Positions 25,912-38,580 of a stretch of DNA of 64,000 nt are shown here, piece by piece. The number at the start of each line of letters is the position of its first letter. Position 1 is the first letter of the stretch. The notes below the pieces were generated by a model that did no database searches, was not told the DNA's origin, and saw only the letters and a program-made list of their open reading frames with translations. This stretch comes from Eledone cirrhosa. Lineage: Eukaryota. A program made the position numbers and the translations under genes. The stretch covers positions 279,310,001-279,374,000 of the forward strand of contig OZ024742.1 in the NCBI GenBank assembly GCA_964016885.1. The letters run 5' to 3'.

Positions 25912-26250
25912 CCCTCCCGCTCTTACCATGGCTGGACTTTGGAAACAGGCGAGAATATATCATTTCCTCGTCTGTGTAAATGAGGCGTTTAATCTCATTT
26001 GCTTATGAAGCTGTATAAGATGGCTCAACTTATAATAGAATAGAATTAAAATTTAGCTTCAAATGCATGTGTGTGCATATTTGGTTGTGCATATGGTGGC
26101 GTATGTGTGAATCTATGTTTGTGTCTATGTATGCATGTAATCAAAGAAACGTATGTATGCATATAATCAAATTTTCGTCCGAGGATAGGAGGCATGAGGC
26201 TGCGATTTGTCAAACGTGAAGTAGCGGCTTCGTTATATATATTATATATA

Positions 26251-26319
<69 letters not shown>

Positions 26320-26328
26320 TCACACTTG

Positions 26329-26362
<34 letters not shown>

Positions 26363-26519
26363 GTTTGTGTGGGTGGGTCGATGTATATAAATGTATCATT
26401 TTCTCCCTCAGAGAACACTGCATTCAAACTCATCCATAAAATATATCGCCATGGTAACAATTAATATTATTCCGTTTCTTGGCTTATATCTTCCTCAATT
26501 TGTCGAATATGGCACACAC

Positions 26520-26724
26520 TGATGACGATGGTAATGCTGATAGTGGTGCTGATGATAATGGTGATTCTATGGTGATGGAGGTGGCGGTGGCGGTGGCGGT
26601 GGCGGTGCTGATGGTGGTGGCGGCGGTGTTCTTGATGGTGGTGGTGGTGGTGGTGAGGATGACTGTGGTTGTGGTGGTGGTATTGTTGACGATAGTTGCC
26701 GTCGTAGTGATGATGATGATGATA

Positions 26725-26791
<67 letters not shown>

Positions 26792-27025
26792 CGATGTGGT
26801 GGTGGTGGTACTGGTGGTGGTGGTGTTATGGAAGAGGAGTTTTGGAAATCGAACCATAAGGATACTAATGATGATACTGATAATGATGATAATAATTAGG
26901 AGGCTAAGGAGGGGGTGCAGTGAAGGAGGGGGTAGGAGGGAAGTGATACGAGGAAGAGGATGGTGTGAGGAGAATGATGAGGGTACTACAGATGCCGATG
27001 ATAATGTTGATGATGATGATGATAC

Positions 27026-27059
<34 letters not shown>

Positions 27060-27150
27060 ACTAATGATGATGATGATGCTAATTATGATAGAGATAAGAG
27101 TGATGATCGTGATGATTATGATGATAGGAATGATGATGGTTATGATAATT
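26520..27150. repeat. Compound (GAT)n/(GGT)n low-complexity tract
   Basis: Direct read. Confidence 0.9.
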
Positions 27151-27581
27151 GAGTCGGTGGAGGCTGCGGAAGTAGTGTTGATGTCGTCACGACATCAGTA
27201 TTTATTTATTCACCAGGCTATTGTCAACGATCTTCTGATATTAATGGTGGTGTGCTGGGGGATGTAGAAGCTGTGTGGTCACGTATTCATGTAGAATTGT
27301 GGGGTTTTGTGTGATGACGGCATGATAATATGGAGTAGTTTTGTGTGGTGTTGTTTTGTGGTGTTTGTGGGGTCCTATGTGTTGTGTGTTTATGTCTAAT
27401 GATGGTGCGTATTTATGTAGATTTATGTAGTGGTCTGTTGTGAAGCTCGAAGTGACCAGTGGTAGAGAGTTATATCTATTTCTGGCATTGATAGCTTTTC
27501 AGAATATCTGGGTCAATGAGAGGTAGTGGAGATGATGGTGAGGTTTTATATCCCTATACACTTCTTCTCAGAATTATTTAA

Positions 27582-27710
27582 GGTGACGAATGGTCAGAAA
27601 GGTTAGGGCGATGGGTTTTGGTCTTTTTCCCTACATTCTGAGTTGAAACGCCGTTGAGATTAATTTGACCTTTCTTCATTTCGGGGTTCATAAATAAAAT
27701 ACCACTTCAG
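27582..27710 (+). mobile_element. Decayed SINE of the Meta-like family
   Basis: CTGAGTTGAAAC..TTTGACCTTTC..TTTCGGGGTTCATAAATAAAATACCA resembles 38092-38160. Confidence 0.45.
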
Positions 27711-28933
27711 TGGTGTTGGAGTGGTGGAATTGTTAAAGAGACGCAGAGGATGCGTTGTTGAGCTCAAATCCCGCTTCATTCTTCCTTGGGTTACAACCGG
27801 CAGATAATAACAATAATGAAAAGAGCAACGGAATCATATTTTCCTTGGTTCAATCTGACGACTGGTTCCTTTCCTTTCTCTTTCCAGAAATATCAGTAAA
27901 ATTCATGTATTAGTCAATATTTTGTTTGTAAGTTCTACTTAGTTCTAAGGCTCTTCCCTGAGGCTGCATTTCTTAGGAGATATCTAAATGTCTAAATTCT
28001 TGCTGTTTAACTGATAGGGGCTAATCTGCCATGTCATACAACTACTTTTTTTGTGACAAGAGACGGAATTTGAACTTAACATTTAATGAGCTGAAACGTA
28101 TTCCACAGTTAGTTGAACCCTGACGGTTTCTCAAAAAATTCCGCCAATTCACTACCTGGAACTAGTACATGATAGTCCCTGAAATAAATGGAAGACAAAG
28201 TTGATACCTGTTCTCCAGTTTGTGGCTACCTCCGCCCTTAATCTTGGACGTTCTTAAAAATGATATGATCACTGCACACTTTATCCTAACTAAAAGATAT
28301 TCTTTTAATCGTGGCTTCAAGCTGAAACTGCCAACGTTTAGCACACACTTACATACATCGACATGCATATATACATATATATATATATGTGAGTGTGTGT
28401 GTTTTCAATTATATGCCTATGCCTATAATAGCAGTATCCGGAATGTTTCAACAGTCCTGGGTGTTATGCATCATCACATGACGAGAAAGAAAGATAAAAA
28501 GAGGGTGGTACCTACTTGAGAAAGACTAGCGTCAGGCCAAATGAAGCGTTTGCTTTCACTGCACTTTCCATACAAATTTTGAGTTTAAATTTCTAGTGGT
28601 TCAAGAAGATATTCACGATAAAATATAAAAATTATTTTGTCTTAGAAATTTATATTTAGCAAATTAATATAATATATTTTTTCTCTTGCAGTTATATTCA
28701 TTTTTATATACTTTTCGAGAAAATATATTTAAATAAATATATAATTGAATTATTATAATTGAATATTATAAATAAATACATTATTTGCATATTGCTTAAA
28801 ATCCTTTCACGTATTTCAAGTGGAGTATGTCAAATACATTCTCAGAGATTTTACTGAATTTTCTCATTTTCTCGTTATTTCGGGAAGATTGATGTATGTA
28901 CATACATATATATATAATGTGTGTGTGTATGTG

Positions 28934-29018
<85 letters not shown>

Positions 29019-29087
29019 AAAAAAGATGATATGGAAAATGCAACTGGAGTCATTTAAAGAAAAAAAAAATACATATATTTATTTGGT

Positions 29088-29128
29088 TCCTTTACCGGTT
29101 TCGCAGTTCTTCTGCTTTTCAAAAGTAG
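29088..29128 (-). ncRNA. Hammerhead ribozyme, U3-A8 variant (family E)
   Basis: UACUU-UUGAAAA-GCAG AAGAA CUGC-GAAA-C CG G-UA-AAGGA, in a ~170-bp island between (TA)n tracts. Confidence 0.7.
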
Positions 29129-29176
29129 AGTTGAGATGGAGGGTCTGTGGTTTTTCTCACATCTGACGTTTTTCTG

Positions 29177-29241
<65 letters not shown>

Positions 29242-29961
29242 GTATGTATGCGCGCGCGTGTGTGTGTGCGTGCGTGTCAGTCTGTCTTTTTCTATGCGCC
29301 TCTGTGTTTATTTGTGTGCTTTAACAGTGTTTTGCTTTAATATTTCAAAGCAGATATATAGTTATTTCATGGCAAGTATCTATGCTACTGTGCTGAATTC
29401 ATTGTAAAGACCCTGTGTTTAAAATGTTTAAACACATAGTATGTGACAAGACTGCTCATTTATTTCACAGGTACAACTTATTTTTTCAGCTGAGTAGACT
29501 GGAGCTCGATACAAATTGTTATGCTCCAGGACACAATCCACCCCAGGGAAACCGAAAACCGAACACTCTATCCAATAACATATGCGCGTCAGCAAATATA
29601 TATGTACAAACATGCAAGAAAAGTAGTTTTCATTTCTGTGAGGTTTAACATCTATTGAACGAGAAAGAATTCTAGTTGTGATCACTAAGCTATTTCCTGA
29701 AAAATAGATTATCTACTGTGCTCAGTTTCTTTTGGTGTCTTAATAGTTATATTTGAGACCAAACAAACTATTCAAAAACCCGTGTATCCGTAATTTCATA
29801 AACATTCCGCTGTAACTGGGTTCCAAAAGCTGCTTTTGAATTTTGACACATACCGAAAGGAGGAACAGCAATGTGAATATAAGTGTCTTTGTTTTGTCTG
29901 TTATAGATGGTTAAAATGGCAATTCAGGTAGACAACTGCCATAAAGATATGCGTCTGTGAA

Positions 29962-30052
<91 letters not shown>

Positions 30053-30084
30053 AGATCAAAAGATGGTTAAAGGAGTTCCATGTA

Positions 30085-30151
30085 TTTTATTATGCGCATT
30101 TCAAAAACAAACATCATCATGCAATAATATTTGTGTTTTCATCAGATAAAA
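30085..30151 (-). ncRNA. Type I hammerhead ribozyme (family F, sense copy)
   Basis: Reverse complement of 31443-31509. Confidence 0.8.
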
Positions 30152-31166
30152 CAGGAGAACATGATATGAAGGCTAAAAAAACACTTGTGGATAGTGCAGT
30201 TTTAAATCAACATATGAAAAGTGGTTTTAGATTGATGTGTGATATTGGGAAAAATATTTTATTTAGAGAGGGGGGGGGTGGAAAGGATGAAAAGGGAAGG
30301 AGATGAGAGGGAGAGATGGGTGATAGAGAGAAAGAGATAGTTTTTATAACTGAGAGGAGATATATTGTTTTACATAGAGAGGTTGAAAACCGTTGGAAGA
30401 TAATGTATGAATTAAAAATTTTGAAAATTAACGAAGGGAGGATATGTGCGAGGAAAAAATATTTTATTTAGGGAGGGGGGGTGGAAAGGATGAAAAAAGG
30501 AGGAGGAGATGAGAGTGAAGGTGGAGAGGGAGAGATGGGTGATAGAGAGAAAGAGATAGTTTTTATAACTGAGAAAAAGGTATATTGTTTTAACATAGAG
30601 TGGTTGGGAAGCGTTGGAAGATAATGTATAAATTAAAGGAATTTGAAAATTAACGAAGGGAATTTATGTATGAAGATAGAGAGAAAAAAAATAATAATTG
30701 TGGATGAATATTCTAACGTCAAAAAAAGAAATGTATGTATTGTGGCAATTTCAAAATTAACGAAGAGAAAAATTATTAAGGTTTGTGTGTAGAAGGATTT
30801 GAGAAAAAATAATGTGAAGTTTGTATATTGAAGGAATTGATAAAATATGCGAATAAAGAGTTAATATGTATTAATAATGAGTTCGTTGATGGGGAGAAAA
30901 AAATAATAAATTAAGGATGAAATTGAGATTAAGAAGATTTATGATAGAGAGAAAAAATAATAATGATTGCGGATGAATATTCTAACGTCAAAACAACAAA
31001 TGTATATGTTATGATTTTACAAGGTGAAGATAGAATGAGGGTAATGAGTAAACAAGTATTATAGAGTGTATAATGCCCTTTAAAGTAAGGTAGATGGGTA
31101 TATTTTAAAGAGGTGTATGTATATGTGCCTTTGAGAAAAGATTCTAAATTGATAAAGAATTGAATA

Positions 31167-31434
31167 TTAACTGTATACTTTGTGAAAAGTTCTATGGAAT
31201 TTATGCAGGCAGATAGAAAACAAATCTGTGCGTCTATTTATTATAGAATCTAGGTTAGAGATAATGGTAAATTTTTCATTTAGGCAGAGATTACAGATTT
31301 TAGATAGAGAGCTGTTCAAGTATGAGGATGCAGAAGAAATCTTCTTCCAAAAGATGGTATATTTAATGTTTTTGTCTTTTAAGGACCATATGAGTTCTGA
31401 GAGAGCAGTGTTGGTTCTTTTAAGTTTGTATTTG
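31167..31434 (-). CDS. C-terminal fragment of a PLE GIY-YIG region
   Basis: TALSELIWSLKDKNIKYTIFWK...CNLCLNEK..I...IINRR....CLH matches the Nematis-type PLE C-terminus as I recall it. Confidence 0.75.
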
Positions 31435-31442
31435 TTCTCCTG

Positions 31443-31509
31443 TTTTATCTGATGAAAACACAAATATTATTGCATGATGATGTTTGTTTTTGAAATGCGC
31501 ATAATAAAA
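31443..31509 (+). ncRNA. Type I hammerhead ribozyme (family F, inverted copy)
   Basis: UUUUAU-CUGAUGA-12-bp stem II-GAAA-U GCGC A-UA-AUAAAA. Confidence 0.82.
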
Positions 31510-32263
31510 TACATGGAACTCCTTTAACCATCTTTTGATCTTATATTATGCATACTCCAGTCCTACAAACTGTAGAGTGCTTCTTATCCGATATCTGCAT
31601 TGCTTTATTGTACTACAATAAAACTCACCTCCTACATTATATATATATATATATATATGTGTGTGTCTGTGTGTGTGTTTATTAAAGTAAATAAATTATG
31701 TCTGTCAAACATAAGTGCCATTAGGTTGTTTTCTATCTTAAACTATAAAGGCACATTTCGAATACTTGAGAACCTTGCACACACCATTCATTTTGTAGGG
31801 TGACATCAACTTACCAACGTTATCTTTCTCTCCATCTCCCTCCCCTTTCTCTCTCCCCCTCTCCCTTTCCCTCTCTCTCCCCTCTCTCTCCCCTCTCTCT
31901 CTCTCTCTAACTAGGTATCTCTCTTTCGTTCTCTGTCTGTCTCTCTCTCGTTCTCGCTCTCTCATTCACAAAAATACACACATGCATAATTAACACCTTC
32001 CTGGGGGGATATATTACCTGAAATATTACGATAAATTAAATTCTAACGTAATATTTTAATATGTTTGTTATTGTTGGTTTTGACATTTATTATTCTTATT
32101 GCTTTGCTATAGGCTTCTGTAACACACCGCTTAATACATTTCGTAATGCTTCAAGCGAACCACAACATTCTATACTTTTCTTTTATTCTCATCTCTCTCT
32201 CTCCCACTCTCATCTTCTCTTTCTCTCTCTGTCTCTCGCTCTCTCTCTATCTCTCTCTCATTC

Positions 32264-32310
<47 letters not shown>

Positions 32311-32331
32311 ATATATATTTATATATATATG

Positions 32332-32389
<58 letters not shown>

Positions 32390-32521
32390 GTATGAACCGA
32401 AGTTTAGCAGCCATAAACACATTCACACACAAACACAAATAAACACATACAAACACACACACACCACACACACACACGCACGCACACACACACAGACACA
32501 CATATATATATATATATGTGC

Positions 32522-32584
<63 letters not shown>

Positions 32585-32593
32585 CATATAAAT

Positions 32594-32800
32594 AACGAAG
32601 GAAATGTGGTAAGGAACCAGGTGGACCATAACGCACCAAAGTACTCAATACTTGAGGTAGTAGAGTGGGTAATAGGAACCAGTAAAACCCCGACAGCTGA
32701 GCTCAAGCCGTTTCGACGGCTAATTCTGGACTAGATTCGAGTCCAGAATTAGCCGTCGAAACGGCTTGAGCTCAGCTGTCGGGGTCTTACTGGTTCCTAT
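32594..32800 (-). mobile_element. PLE-type terminal fragment (family H) with ~60-bp fold-back arms
   Basis: Palindrome 32672-32800 with its loop near 32733-32739; lies in (TA)n. Confidence 0.6.
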
Positions 32801-33289
32801 ACATATAAATATATATATATAAGGGGAGGGGTATGTGTAATCTGAAAACATCCAAGTTCATACTAACTACCAATTATTTGTGGTGACGGAATTCAGTTCA
32901 ATAATGTATAGGAAACTCATAATCACAGAGACGCAAATTATGATATAATATAACAGGTTGTGTCTTTTGTTGATTTATTGATATGCTGAATGTCATAGTC
33001 ATACTGTTTGAATAATCAAACTGTTTTTGATGTAGATATGGTAATTAGTGCTCTAGTGTTGGCCAAACATTTCGTAAAGCACTGTAGATTATATGAATTA
33101 ATACATTTAGTAAAGAAAAACATGTAGGTTTACAGTGAAACAGACTTGTTTGTGAAATTTGGTAGATATAAACTGTGTAGAATCCTATGAGAGAGAAGAC
33201 TATTTAGTACCTGGATATTAGCCTTAATCTATATTACTATTTTGCAAAAATCTCTTTTGTAAATGGATTCAACTCCGCTACAAGATTAC

Positions 33290-36200
33290 AAATCAGGTCT
33301 GTGTTCTAATAATAAGTTGTTCCGTTCCTCCCACCAGTCTCAAAGATTTCGTTTGCATTTGGCAGACCTTTAACCATATATTAAATCTCCAATGGTAGTT
33401 TTTAAAGATTGGTTTCAATATGACCTCTCTCTCACTGATCGTTTCTATATTGGAACAAATAGTGCCAAAGAGTTTCTGGAAAGTTCCCACAAGAACATAG
33501 AAGTGAATCCCTATGATCTGTTCTTGATAGAATGTAGTTCAAAGCTATATCTATTTCGAAGCCAGCATAGTCTTATTTTATTTGCATTACTCAATGATAA
33601 AAAAAGTTTTGAATATTGTCAAATCTGCTTGAATAAGCGGGGATTGAAATTTCTGAGCTTATCTTGCTAAAATGTTTCCCAGCCTTGACTAATTATATTT
33701 TTGCTAGAGGATTTTACCCGCAAAAGATTTGAGATGTAGTCTATATTTATTATTTCCCTTTGTGTTAATTGGTTTGCTTTCCTATTTCCTCTAATATCTT
33801 ATTTCCTTATTAGTTTCTGAGAGTTAGTTACCTATTTTTAGCAGAGCAATTTCTCTAACCCAACCGCTTTTTCTTAATTGAAGCAGTTCTAGGTTCGATA
33901 GACTATGTGTAAATAGAAAGCCATTTTTCCATGTTAATTCCTTAGCCGAATCTATGGCTAATGTAATTCCCCACCATCCTGCATCAAATATATTGTAATC
34001 CCGTTGTAATCTAAAGTTCATATCTCTATAATTATTTTTGACAGAGCAAGTAACTCCACAACCCATGCCTTTGTCTGAATGCACCCCATCCGTGTAGACT
34101 CAGCTGTTAAAAGGGATTGATTGTGAAATAGAGTTATGGAGTTCTTTTGTTTCCTTGTTTGTGTTTTTAATCATTATTTTAAAGAATTTTAATTGTTCTA
34201 CCTATGGAGGAAGCAAAGAATCATGCTGTTGTCTTTTGTATTTACACTTAGCCGTTAGCAATTTGCGTTTCCTGGACTCTTCTATCAACAAGTGAATTGG
34301 GTTAACCATGCATTCTGAAAAATCACTTTATTGGAAGTAGATATTAGATATCCCAGTATAGTTTTATTATTCGGGTACGGAATCCATCAATAGTTTGAAT
34401 ATAGCTAGTACTTATGTGCCCCGAACTCCAGCTGCCATTCAACAGGAAAATGCTATAGAAGATAATATTTTGCCTATAGTATGTTGTACAATTTTTGAAA
34501 TATTGCTTAGTAAATTGGACGGTATGATCTAGTAGATGGGTAGTATCCATATTTGGCTTTGGTATTACTAACGTATGAGAAAATCTCCATATATATGAAT
34601 GGTGTTGGAATTTAATTATACTATTAAATAAGTTTAGCACTTTTTCATCTATTACATTCCATGTTTCATTGATGATTATACTGGATACACCATCGGGGTC
34701 TGTGGTTGCTTCCATCTTTAACTTATCCTTAATTGCTAGTCGTCCTTATTTAATGATAGGAATGAATTATCCGGTTGGAGTAAGAGGATTAGAAGATTTG
34801 TAATGTGTAGTTGATTCTGTAAATGAAGCGTTACCAAAACAAAAAACAAAACAAAAAGCAAACCATTCTGCAAATAGCAAAGAGAGCTTGGAAATGTTTG
34901 AGATTTGCTCACTATTGTGATAATGTATCAATAGCGCTTGATTTGTTTTTAGAGGTTTGGGTTTGATCACTGCGTGGTTTCAGCTCCATATATGGAGGCC
35001 AGGTCAGCTTTGCTATCCCAGAAATCAGTTTTGGCTTGTTTTATTTGCCTTTTACACTTTTTCTTTAGACTTTTATATGTTTCATAATTGGAATCTCTTG
35101 AATGGTATTTCCATTTTTTTAATGACTGGGTCATTTCACTTAGTTGTTTTAGTTCTTCACTCCACCATGCCTTATTGTAGATGTTATCCTTATTGCTGTT
35201 ATTTTATTTTAATTGAAATACGTTAAAGGTACTTTCTAAGTGGCTGTATCCTCTATTTTGTCGATAAATATTATAGAGTTATTTTTAGCTCTCCAGCTGA
35301 TTGGACATTGTAAAATGTGTTGTTGGGTGATAGATCTGCTTCTAAGTAATTAGAAAACTTAATCCAGTCAGTTATGTAAAATTGATATTTTCTTACTTTA
35401 GGCTTTATTTTGTGTGTTTGAGAATAGCTCAGGTTTTCGTTGGCTATAGGAATTGCAATATTAAAAGTGTTTACTTCCCAGGTTTCTATAAACGGATAGG
35501 CGGAGAGAGTAGATCACACATGGCCTATTGTTGAGGTTCAGTTGTTAAAGTGTCTGTAGGTAGTGGAGTCTGGTACTGTATGTAGAATAAGTTTATGCTT
35601 ATTCATAACCTCTCAGAAATATTCTTTCTTCTGTACTATCTTTCCTGATGCTAGTATTCTAGCATAAATTGTGTGCATTGAAGTGCCCTGAAATTAGCGC
35701 TTTGCTTTGTGGAAAAGATATAACTAGGAATTCTTCAATGTTTTATATTGTCTCTGTGCTTTTGGGAGAGTTATAAATATTTATAACACAATATCTATGG
35801 AATTACAATCCATTTCGATTATAGCTAATTTAGAGATTAGTCCTGATGTAGTCACTGTGAGGCACCTTGATGATCCATGATAGCATGTATTGGATATAAA
35901 AAAGAGAATTCTGTGAATTCCCTTTTGAACAGGTTTACGTCATATAGCAGGGGTTCAAAGAGGAATATGTCAAATGTTCAGCCATAAAGATTTAAATACA
36001 ATTCCATCAGTTCACGCTGTTTGTTTGAGTTGATGCTGCATATATTTTAATTTAGTTCATTATTATTATTATTATTGTATGTTTTAGAGTCAATGTTTGA
36101 AACCCCTTCTTTTGGTTATTTATTGGTACATTGCTGTTCAGACATTGGTTTTCTGGTGCTGTGGTCATGATTGTATTGCTCTTCGTTAAATAGTGTTTGT

Positions 36201-36520
36201 TATAGGTGCCAGTTAAATTGCACTTGTAACAATCTACCATAGTAATGTCATGTTTTACTGGACAGTTTCTGTAGTAGTGTGATGGGGATGAGCAGGGGCT
36301 GCACTTGTTAATAAACACCTTACACTCTACCTCCTTTAAAATCTCCATTGCGACCAGCGTACCCTTGATTGAGTTAAGAATCTTGGGATTGCCTGTCCAC
36401 CAGTCCAATTTAGATGTTGCCGTGGGTTAATTGTTTGTTAATTTTGTTTTTGTTTATGAGGAAGCTGAGTGACTGAGATTTACATCCTTTACTTTTTGTG
36501 GATAGGGAATGTTCATTTTA
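33290..36520 (-). pseudogene. Decayed I-group-like LINE (ORF1 zinc knuckles, APE, RT remnants, RNase H)
   Basis: CSPCSSPSHYYRNC and CYKC..H (36052-36408); INIYNSP (~35770) and G.FNAH (~35680); WRFSHTLVIPKPN (~34570); VYTDG..GMGCGV (~34050-34100). End points approximate. Confidence 0.7.
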
Positions 36521-36639
36521 TATTAATATTTCTTATTGAATCGGTTGAGCATACATGCACGCAAATCACATATTATTAGATTCGCTAGCAACCAGGAATA
36601 AATGACACATTGAACACTCATGCAGTAACATATATACAT

Positions 36640-36674
<35 letters not shown>

Positions 36675-36677
36675 GAT

Positions 36678-36711
<34 letters not shown>

Positions 36712-36791
36712 TGAGATGAGCAGAACAAGCAAACATTAAACAATCTTTTAAATAAATTAAAATACAATTTAAATATTCACCTGTCCAAAAT

Positions 36792-36870
36792 GCTATTACC
36801 GATTTTTTCGCTTAATAAGAGATTGGAAATCCAGAGAGTTACCAACGGAACGATCAGCTCTTCAGATAGT
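36792..36870 (-). ncRNA. Hammerhead motif (family G), stem III disrupted
   Basis: Copy of 37338-37416 with CC changed to AA after GAAA. Confidence 0.5.
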
Positions 36871-37337
36871 TATTTCCATTCTATAGGACGTAAAGTCTCA
36901 CAGTTTGTAAATATATCGCTTACTGCCCGATAGTATGAGGTCAAGCCGTTATTTTTATTCTCTAGACACAGGAAGAATATACATAAAATGAGATTAATAT
37001 CCCCACACGTACTAAGTATCTACTGAAATATATAGGGTGTCTATAATACATTTGTTGCTCAATGGTACTAATTTGAGATACCAGAACTATAACATTGAGT
37101 ACTTAATACCTGTGGGGATATTCTCATTTTATGTATATTCTCCCTGTGTGTAGAGAACAAAACGTTGTATCTTGCTGCTATTTTTAGTGGCGTGGCAAAC
37201 AACAAGTGTATACTATTTCCACTTTTACTAACGGCCTGTTTGTGTGGGGGTCACTTTAACGGCTTGACCTCATACTATCTGGCAGTAAGCGATATATTTA
37301 CAAACTGTGAGACTTTACGTCCTATAGAATGGAAATA

Positions 37338-37416
37338 GCTATCTGAAGAGCTGATCTTTCCGCTGGTAATTCTCTGAATTTCCAATCTCTTGTGAAGCGA
37401 AACCATCGGTAATAGC
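37338..37416 (+). ncRNA. Type I hammerhead ribozyme with a long stem II insert (family G)
   Basis: GCUAU-CUGAAGA-GCU(~43 nt)AGC-GAAA-CC AUC GG-UA-AUAGC. Confidence 0.8.
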
Positions 37417-37606
37417 ATTTTGGACAGGTGAATATTTAAATTGTATTTTAATTTATTGAAGAGTTTGTTTAATGTTTGCTTGTTCCGCTCATCTCAATTT
37501 TATAGTTCTGGTATCTCAAATTAGTACCATTGAACAACAAATATATTATAGACACCCTATATATTGCCGTAGGTACTTAGTACCTGTGGGGATATTAATC
37601 TCATTT

Positions 37607-37675
<69 letters not shown>

Positions 37676-38019
37676 GCATGTATGTATGTATATATGTATA
37701 CATATATATATAATAAAAGAATGAAGATCACCACGAATAAGCTATACACTAGGGTCTATTCCAAGCATTAACATATGTTTCATTGGCTAGTATGTGATAA
37801 GATACGACTTAATATCGCCATCGGCCAGGAAATTCGATTGTGATAATTTGCCTGGTTTGAGTAGTATTTAAAATCGAATTTCCCAATAAGATTGCAGATA
37901 GTGATTTTAAGATGCTTCCCATCACCTACTAGCCAAGGAAACCTGTGTTAATGCTTGGAATAAACCACACTGTATGGCTTATCCGTATTAATCTTCATCC
38001 TTTCATTATTAATATTCCA

Positions 38020-38275
38020 GGGCAGTGGTTTGGCAGTATCGGTAGAGCGTCAGACACCATGTTTTGCAGCATAGTTATGGCCCTTTGCGTTCTGAGTTCA
38101 AATCCGCCTAGGTTAACTTTGCCTTTCATCCTTACGAGGTTGATAAAATAAAGTACCAGTGGTGCACTGGGGTAATCGCTGGCCTTGTGCCAAACGTAGA
38201 AGCTTCCGAGGTTAACTTTGCATTTCATTCTTTAATTGCTGGCTTTGTGCCAAAAGTAGAAACAATTATTAATAT
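38020..38275 (+). mobile_element. tRNA-derived SINE with Meta-like core
   Basis: A box TGGCAGTATCGG, B box GAGTTCAAATCC, core GGTTAACTTTGCCTTTCATCC; partially duplicated 3' part. Confidence 0.78.
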
Positions 38276-38437
38276 TCCAGGAACTGCTTACCTATGAACT
38301 GTCGGAAATCGACAATCCGAACACCACAACTAAGTAAATATCTTGTTAAGTCAACCAACGTTGCGCGTTAAAATCCTTCACCGTACACATTACTCGTAAC
38401 CTCCCCTTGTGTTACCTTAAACGATGCCTCGTTTACT

Positions 38438-38471
<34 letters not shown>

Positions 38472-38474
38472 TAT

Positions 38475-38580
<106 letters not shown>

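Larger units (their letters stand above)
30047..31637 (-). mobile_element. 5'-truncated Penelope-like element (Nematis-type C-terminus) with inverted pLTRs
   Basis: Inverted repeats 30047-30160 / 31434-31547, each with a hammerhead. C-terminal ORF present; 3' UTR has a ~200-bp tandem duplication (30250-30440 / 30456-30660). Confidence 0.8.
36710..37614. mobile_element. Head-to-head pair of non-coding hammerhead-bearing units (retrozyme-like or pLTR-only PLE)
   Basis: Plus unit 37100-37614 has terminal redundancy (period 474 nt). Minus unit 36710-37092 is a permuted copy with an internal deletion. Confidence 0.7.
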
